Virus record (IMG/VR): IMGVR_UViG_3300005521_000001
Source of the DNA: an uncultured virus (IMG/VR IMGVR_UViG_3300005521_000001)
Taxonomy: Duplodnaviria > Heunggongvirae > Uroviricota > Caudoviricetes
Length of the DNA: 20,000 nucleotides
Direction: 5' to 3' (one strand)
Shown: in pieces, positions 16,376 to 20,000 of the stretch
Layout: the number at the start of each line of letters is the position of its first letter
How positions within the stretch are numbered: position 1 is the stretch's first letter
Made by a program: the position numbers and the translations under genes
The notes under the pieces: model-generated
Told to the model about the DNA's origin: nothing
The model's database searches: none
What the model saw: only the letters and a program-made list of their open reading frames with translations

Positions 16376-16678
16376 TCAAGCCATCTTGATGACTCTATCA
16401 ACCCTCAAGGCGGTTCGTGTTGGTGGTTGGTTATCCCTGCGAAGCATGACGGTTTTAACAACGCCCTTACGCACTATCGCTACTATGTTTTGACCGTTGC
16501 TCTTAGAGTCACAGTTTGTCGCTCTGTGAGCGTCTAATTTGAGGGCATAAACGGCCACATCAATTTGACGGCCTACTACTTCAAGAACTGCCTTCACATT
16601 TTGGATGACTTCTCTTTTTTCTTCTTCGCTGACTCTTATGTTCAATCGGTCTAAGGCGTGGGTGCTGATTCGGCTCAT
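16376..16678 (-). CDS. Possible RelE/DUF4258-like ribonuclease-fold protein
   Basis: N-terminal ISTHALDRLNIR and C-terminal VAIVRKGVVKTV; TATA at 16700-16709. Confidence 0.5.
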   Translation of the reverse strand: MSRISTHALDRLNIRVSEEEKREVIQNVKAVLEVVGRQIDVAVYALKLDAHRATNCDSKSNGQNIVAIVRKGVVKTVMLRRDNQPPTRTALRVDRVIKMA

Positions 16679-16799
16679 ATTGTCTATACTGTCGGCTCTC
16701 CTATATAAGGAGTTTGTTAAAAATCATCAGATTTAGCCGCTTAACGGCATTTCCACCCCGCCCCGAATGGGGCAGGGTTCGCCCTGTTGTAGGTGGTAA

Positions 16800-16934
16800 T
16801 TATTCAAGGCCGGAGATGTCTTGGCCGTTTTCTTTCATATTTTGGATTGCTTCGGCTCGGCTCATACCAAACCGACCCATTAAAAATCCGACTAAAATTT
16901 CTCCGCTTATTGCTACTTCTCTAAAATTGCTCAT
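16800..16934 (-). CDS. 44-aa hypothetical protein (MSNFREVAISGEILVGFLMGRFG...), not in ORF track
   Basis: Translated manually; TTTATTAA box at 16957-16964 at leaderless spacing. Confidence 0.7.
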   Translation of the reverse strand: MSNFREVAISGEILVGFLMGRFGMSRAEAIQNMKENGQDISGLE

Positions 16935-17012
16935 ATTATATCCTAAAGGCCGTCGGTTAATAAAGGTTTGCTTGACCGATATGTTTATATGCTTACACGC
17001 ATACGGACATAC

Positions 17013-17129
17013 ATGAGCAGAGAAGAGTTCAACCCCGACGCTGACAAAGTGGCCGACATTGGAGGCGCAATTTTGACCGGAATTTTAATGGCCGGAATTA
17101 TTTTAATTTCACCATATTTGGCTTTTTGA
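17013..17129 (+). CDS. 38-aa single-pass membrane peptide (MSREEFNPDADKVADIGGAILTGILMAGIILISPYLAF)
   Basis: Translated manually; + strand TTTATATG at 16984-16991 at leaderless spacing; MSR start like neighbouring genes; hydrophobic C-terminal half. Confidence 0.7.
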   Translation: MSREEFNPDADKVADIGGAILTGILMAGIILISPYLAF

Positions 17130-17334
17130 AAAATTTGGCTTTTTGTCAAATTTTGAAAAATTCCAATAAATTTAAAATTCCAGTAAATTTTGAAAAATTC
17201 CAATAAATTTCAGGTGTAAAAAATACACCTGATTTTTAGGTGTAAAAAATACACCATTTTTATTTTTCAAAAAAACATAATCAGATGGCGTTAGTATCGG
17301 CTAAACATGATGCAACCTGATAAGTATCGGCTAA
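17116..17334. repeat. AT-rich cluster of paired direct repeats and palindromes
   Basis: 13-mer 17116/17133, 26-mer 17148/17185, palindromic 18-mer aggtgtaaaaaatacacc 17212/17238, 12-mer 17293/17323. Confidence 0.85.
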
Positions 17335-17394
17335 GTGAATCAGATAGAGCGACAGACGGCTTGCCGCCTATTCGCCCCTTTGTAAGCATGTCGC

Positions 17395-17574
17395 CTATTG
17401 TGGGTATGTTTCGACTAATAATTGAAATTCGGTTTCTTTCAAGGTTTGAAGTTCTTGCTCTAACTTCCAAATTTTCATTTGTGTAAGTCTCAATTTTGCA
17501 TCTAACTCAATTCTTTTCTCATGTTCGCTTCTTTTTGTCTCGCTCATAAACACGCTCGTTCTTGTTCCGCTCAT
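17395..17574 (-). CDS. Small coiled-coil protein
   Basis: Start moved to ATG 17574; TATA at 17594-17603. Confidence 0.7.
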   Translation of the reverse strand: MSGTRTSVFMSETKRSEHEKRIELDAKLRLTQMKIWKLEQELQTLKETEFQLLVETYPQ

Positions 17575-17661
17575 GTTTAGACATTCGGCCACTCCTATAT
17601 AAAGATGCCGTCTATAATCTGATTATCGGTCCTGTTTTCCGGTCCTGTTGCTTGACCCAGT

Positions 17662-17850
17662 TCAAAGAGCCGTAGTTATTAGACCCAATAAGAAAGGAAT
17701 CCAACACAAGGCGCAATGAAAGCGAAACGCCATCAATTCGCCACCTTCTCGGACTTCATCAAAATCCCAACGCCAATACGCTCTCAAAATTTTCCCATAC
17801 ATAATAACAACCTTCCAGTCTAACGGTTTATTACTTATTCGGCTCGCCAA
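17662..17850 (-). CDS. Small protein with hydrophobic C-terminus (start uncertain)
   Basis: ORF track; lies downstream of the 30-aa leaderless ORF. Confidence 0.5.
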   Translation of the reverse strand: MASRISNKPLDWKVVIMYGKILRAYWRWDFDEVREGGELMAFRFHCALCWIPFLLGLITTAL

Positions 17851-17927
17851 AAATCAACATCAGATTCTAATTCTCGCAATAATGCTTTAAATTCTTCGTC
17901 GCTCATTTCTCTTATATCTCTGCTCAT
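17835..17927 (-). CDS. 30-aa acidic peptide (MSRDIREMSDEEFKALLRELESDVDFWRAE), not in ORF track
   Basis: Translated manually; TATA at 17947-17956 at leaderless spacing. Confidence 0.7.
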   Translation of the reverse strand: MSRDIREMSDEEFKALLRELESDVDFWRAE

Positions 17928-17969
17928 GTTTAACGGTAGGCATACTCCTATATAAAGATGCCGTCTATT

Positions 17970-18197
17970 CTAAAGGCATTTTGCCTGATGTAGGTCTAAA
18001 TAAGGTGCGTCGTTTGTTATGCCCTCATTCTCCATCCAGTATAATTTAACCTTGCATATATTACAAATTGGGCGGTTAAAAATCTGATATTTTATAATGG
18101 CTATCGGGTTGAATACCATCGAGAACACAGAGACAGAAGCCCGCCCACACTTGCAGGGGCGTTTAATCTCCTTCATGGTTTGAATTAAGCCGCTCAT
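17970..18197 (-). CDS. Small Zn-finger protein (CKCG...CNIC)
   Basis: ORF track; ATGA overlap. Confidence 0.65.
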   Translation of the reverse strand: MSGLIQTMKEIKRPCKCGRASVSVFSMVFNPIAIIKYQIFNRPICNICKVKLYWMENEGITNDAPYLDLHQAKCL

Positions 18198-18361
18198 CTT
18201 TTAATCCCCTTCATGTCATAATACTTATTTAACTCTATAAGTTCATCCTCGCTCAGGGTTTCTAAAATTAAATCCCAGTCGGTATCGTCAAGGTATCTCT
18301 TCATGGCTCTAAATTCTAATTCTTTAATCAAAATTTCACAATTCCATATTTTTTGTTTCAT
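18194..18361 (-). CDS. Hypothetical protein (55 aa)
   Basis: ATG 18361 directly follows the stop of the upstream ORF. Confidence 0.65.
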   Translation of the reverse strand: MKQKIWNCEILIKELEFRAMKRYLDDTDWDLILETLSEDELIELNKYYDMKGIKR

Positions 18362-18363
18362 TT

Positions 18364-18516
18364 TTAATCCCTCATCGTTATTTTTCCACATTCTTTGAAG
18401 GCTAACTCTGTAAAAGCCTTGAACCTTGCCTCGGAAATAATTATCCCTTCCTCTTCTTTGATTTCATTTTCTCTTGCCATAACTGCTCGTATAAATTCTA
18501 TTACTTCGGTGTTCAT
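18364..18516 (-). CDS. 50-aa hypothetical protein (MNTEVIEFIRAVMARENE...), not in ORF track
   Basis: Translated manually; short leader with GAGGCG; TATA at 18551-18560. Confidence 0.7.
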   Translation of the reverse strand: MNTEVIEFIRAVMARENEIKEEEGIIISEARFKAFTELAFKECGKITMRD

Positions 18517-18568
18517 CTTTGTTCGCCTCTAAACTATCCTATGCACCACTACTATATAAAGATGCCGT

Positions 18569-18757
18569 CTATTCTTTCCTAAACTTTTTTGAGAATCCAA
18601 CGCCTCTTAGTAATGCGTTAAAGCAAGGAATACAAATAATATCACCACGCTCTAAGCCATAAGCCTCATTGAGTTCCGTCACCTTATACATCTGATTTTT
18701 ACACCCCTTACAGGTTCTATCAGCCGCTTGCACCTTTAATTCACTCATCATCTTCAC
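18569..18757 (-). CDS. Small Zn-finger protein (CKGC...CIPC)
   Basis: ORF track. Confidence 0.7.
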   Translation of the reverse strand: MKMMSELKVQAADRTCKGCKNQMYKVTELNEAYGLERGDIICIPCFNALLRGVGFSKKFRKE

Positions 18758-19032
18758 CTGCTCTCTATAATCTCAATGGTTTCCATCAAGGAAACAATTT
18801 TCATTCTTAATGTATGAACGGGGTAGCACCCTCTTTGACCGCCCCCGCAGTTATCGTAAGCCTTGACCAATTGGTTTAACGCTTTTCTCAGGTGTTTGGT
18901 GCATTGCTCAATATCCCTCGGCGTGGTGTGCATGATGCCTACCTCTCCGCATAGAGCGTCGAACTGATAACCCAGTTTAGCGGCTCGGTTCTTTTGTCCT
19001 ATGTTCTTTACTTCGTTTAATTTAGTCGCCAT
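18754..19032 (-). CDS. Hypothetical protein (92 aa)
   Basis: Leaderless ATG; TATA at 19053-19062. Confidence 0.75.
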   Translation of the reverse strand: MATKLNEVKNIGQKNRAAKLGYQFDALCGEVGIMHTTPRDIEQCTKHLRKALNQLVKAYDNCGGGQRGCYPVHTLRMKIVSLMETIEIIESR

Positions 19033-19062
19033 GTTTATTCCTACCTGTCACTACTATATAAG

Positions 19063-19311
19063 TTATTCGCCTATTGGTTTTACACCGTTTGACTCTTTCC
19101 ATTCTTCAAAATCAATGCCTTCATCGTCGCATTCTTCTTCAATGTTCTCATAACATCTTTTACACAATCCTTCAACCGACCATGCATCATTTACCAGAAA
19201 AATTACATTCTCGACAGAACCACACCACAGGCAGGTTTCTTCGCCTACTGTGTAGTCAATCGTTATTTCTGTCTCTTTAGGCTCTGTCAGGTTCTCTTCA
19301 TCTCTGCTCAT
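19063..19311 (-). CDS. Acidic Zn-finger protein (CLWC...CKRC)
   Basis: Start moved to ATG 19311; TATA at 19331-19340. Confidence 0.75.
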   Translation of the reverse strand: MSRDEENLTEPKETEITIDYTVGEETCLWCGSVENVIFLVNDAWSVEGLCKRCYENIEEECDDEGIDFEEWKESNGVKPIGE

Positions 19312-19361
19312 GTATCTCCATACTACCACTCCTATATAAGCATTTTGCCTACCGTTTTACC

Positions 19362-19542
19362 TATATAAACTTTTCGCAAACCTTATATACCCCCAAAATC
19401 TTTATATACCCCCATGTAGTAGCATGTATGAGAGCGGAGAACCAGAACCCCCTGAATCAGGCACGGGGGGAGATTGCTACTATACTTTTTAGGTATATAA
19501 ACTTTTCGCAAACCTTATATACCCTAAAAAACTTTATATACC
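19362..19542. repeat. 49-bp direct repeat (19362-19410 / 19494-19542), each copy with three BRE-TATA elements
   Basis: Identical 31-bp core tatataaacttttcgcaaaccttatataccc; 3 mismatches over 49 bp. Confidence 0.9.
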
Positions 19543-19873
19543 GTCAGTTATATGCTCAACATGTCCGGCCTGTTGGGAGGCGAGCGCACCCCTGCACCCG
19601 CCCCCCTGAGCCTGTGAATTGGATGACACCCACACAAGACCGTTCACTTGGCGGATTTTCACCGCCCCCGAAGGGAGAACCGTGCGCCTTGTATGGGCAT
19701 CTAAGAAGCGTGCCTTCATGCCCGTGCGTCGCAAGCAATCTTCAACGGATGCGAACCGTTGAACCCCCATACCCTCAAGGTAGCACCCTGATAACACAGT
19801 GGTGGGGGTGGCAATTGGTGTGGTGTCCAATTTTTACGCCTTGAAGTTCGCCCCTGTTAGGGGGGTCGCCTCT
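19526..19873 (-). ncRNA. Candidate structured ncRNA of ~340 nt, family not recognised
   Basis: Own TATA promoter (19894-19903) with no ATG at the start site; GC-rich; many helices whose G-U pairs work only on the minus strand; cUUCGg loop; 3' U-run. Confidence 0.6.
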
Positions 19874-19916
19874 AAACTATCCTATGCACCACCCCTATAT
19901 AAGCATGTCGCCTATA

Positions 19917-20000
19917 TCATGGGTATTTATAGCAATACCTGCACCTGTGGTTATTGCCTGTATCAATATCAGGGTGTTTGATAGCCCCTTCTTTATTGCT
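19917..20000 (-). CDS. 3' end of a truncated gene (...HPDIDTGNNHRCRYCYKYP*)
   Basis: Open frame to the window edge; stop lies just upstream of the next promoter. Confidence 0.5.
   Translation of the reverse strand, partial: SNKEGAIKHPDIDTGNNHRCRYCYKYP

Noticed and set aside
16714..17203. ORFs 16714-17016 (+) and 16985-17203 (-)
   Set aside because: Antisense to better-supported promoter-linked small genes (16800-16934 and 17013-17129)
17116..17334. CRISPR or mini-CRISPR array
   Set aside because: The repeats come in different pairs with short irregular gaps, not one repeat with unique ~30-40 bp spacers
19640..19700. Resemblance to group II intron domain V (gcgcacggttc) or SRP helix 8 (ccgaagggag)
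   Set aside because: The 5' half of domain V with the AGC/CGC triad and the conserved SRP internal loop are absent
19428..19844. 138-aa + strand ORF and overlapping minus ORFs (19534-19830, 19556-19738)
   Set aside because: They run through TATA repeats and a GC-rich structured region, lack SD or correct leaderless spacing, and have atypical composition. Probably open by chance, though not formally excluded.

Overview
This window looks like part of a tailed dsDNA archaeal virus genome. A magrovirus-like virus of marine Poseidoniales/Thermoplasmatota is my best guess, inferred from gene content and not database-checked. Almost all genes lie on the minus strand. The left 13 kb is a replication and chaperone block: family B DNA polymerase, RFC clamp-loader small and large-like subunits, a MoxR/CobS AAA+ ATPase with a CobT-like vWA partner, a MazG-like NTP pyrophosphatase and an SprT-like protease. 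The right 7 kb is an array of small single-gene modules, including a zinc protease, an ADP-ribosyltransferase-fold protein, a RelE/DUF4258-like protein and several Zn-finger proteins. Most transcription units carry an archaeal TATA box (minus-strand CTTATATAGG-like) with the TATA core 22-24 nt before a leaderless ATG, which lets several starts be corrected and several small ORFs missing from the track be added. The most notable non-coding signals are: (1) a promoter-driven, highly structured ~340-nt GC-rich ncRNA candidate at 19526-19873; (2) a perfect H-type pseudoknot 7 nt after the MoxR stop codon; (3) a duplicated cluster of six canonical BRE-TATA elements flanking a small hairpin RNA; (4) a family of plus-strand mini transcription units interleaved between the early-type genes; and (5) two repeat-rich or AT-rich origin-like regions.
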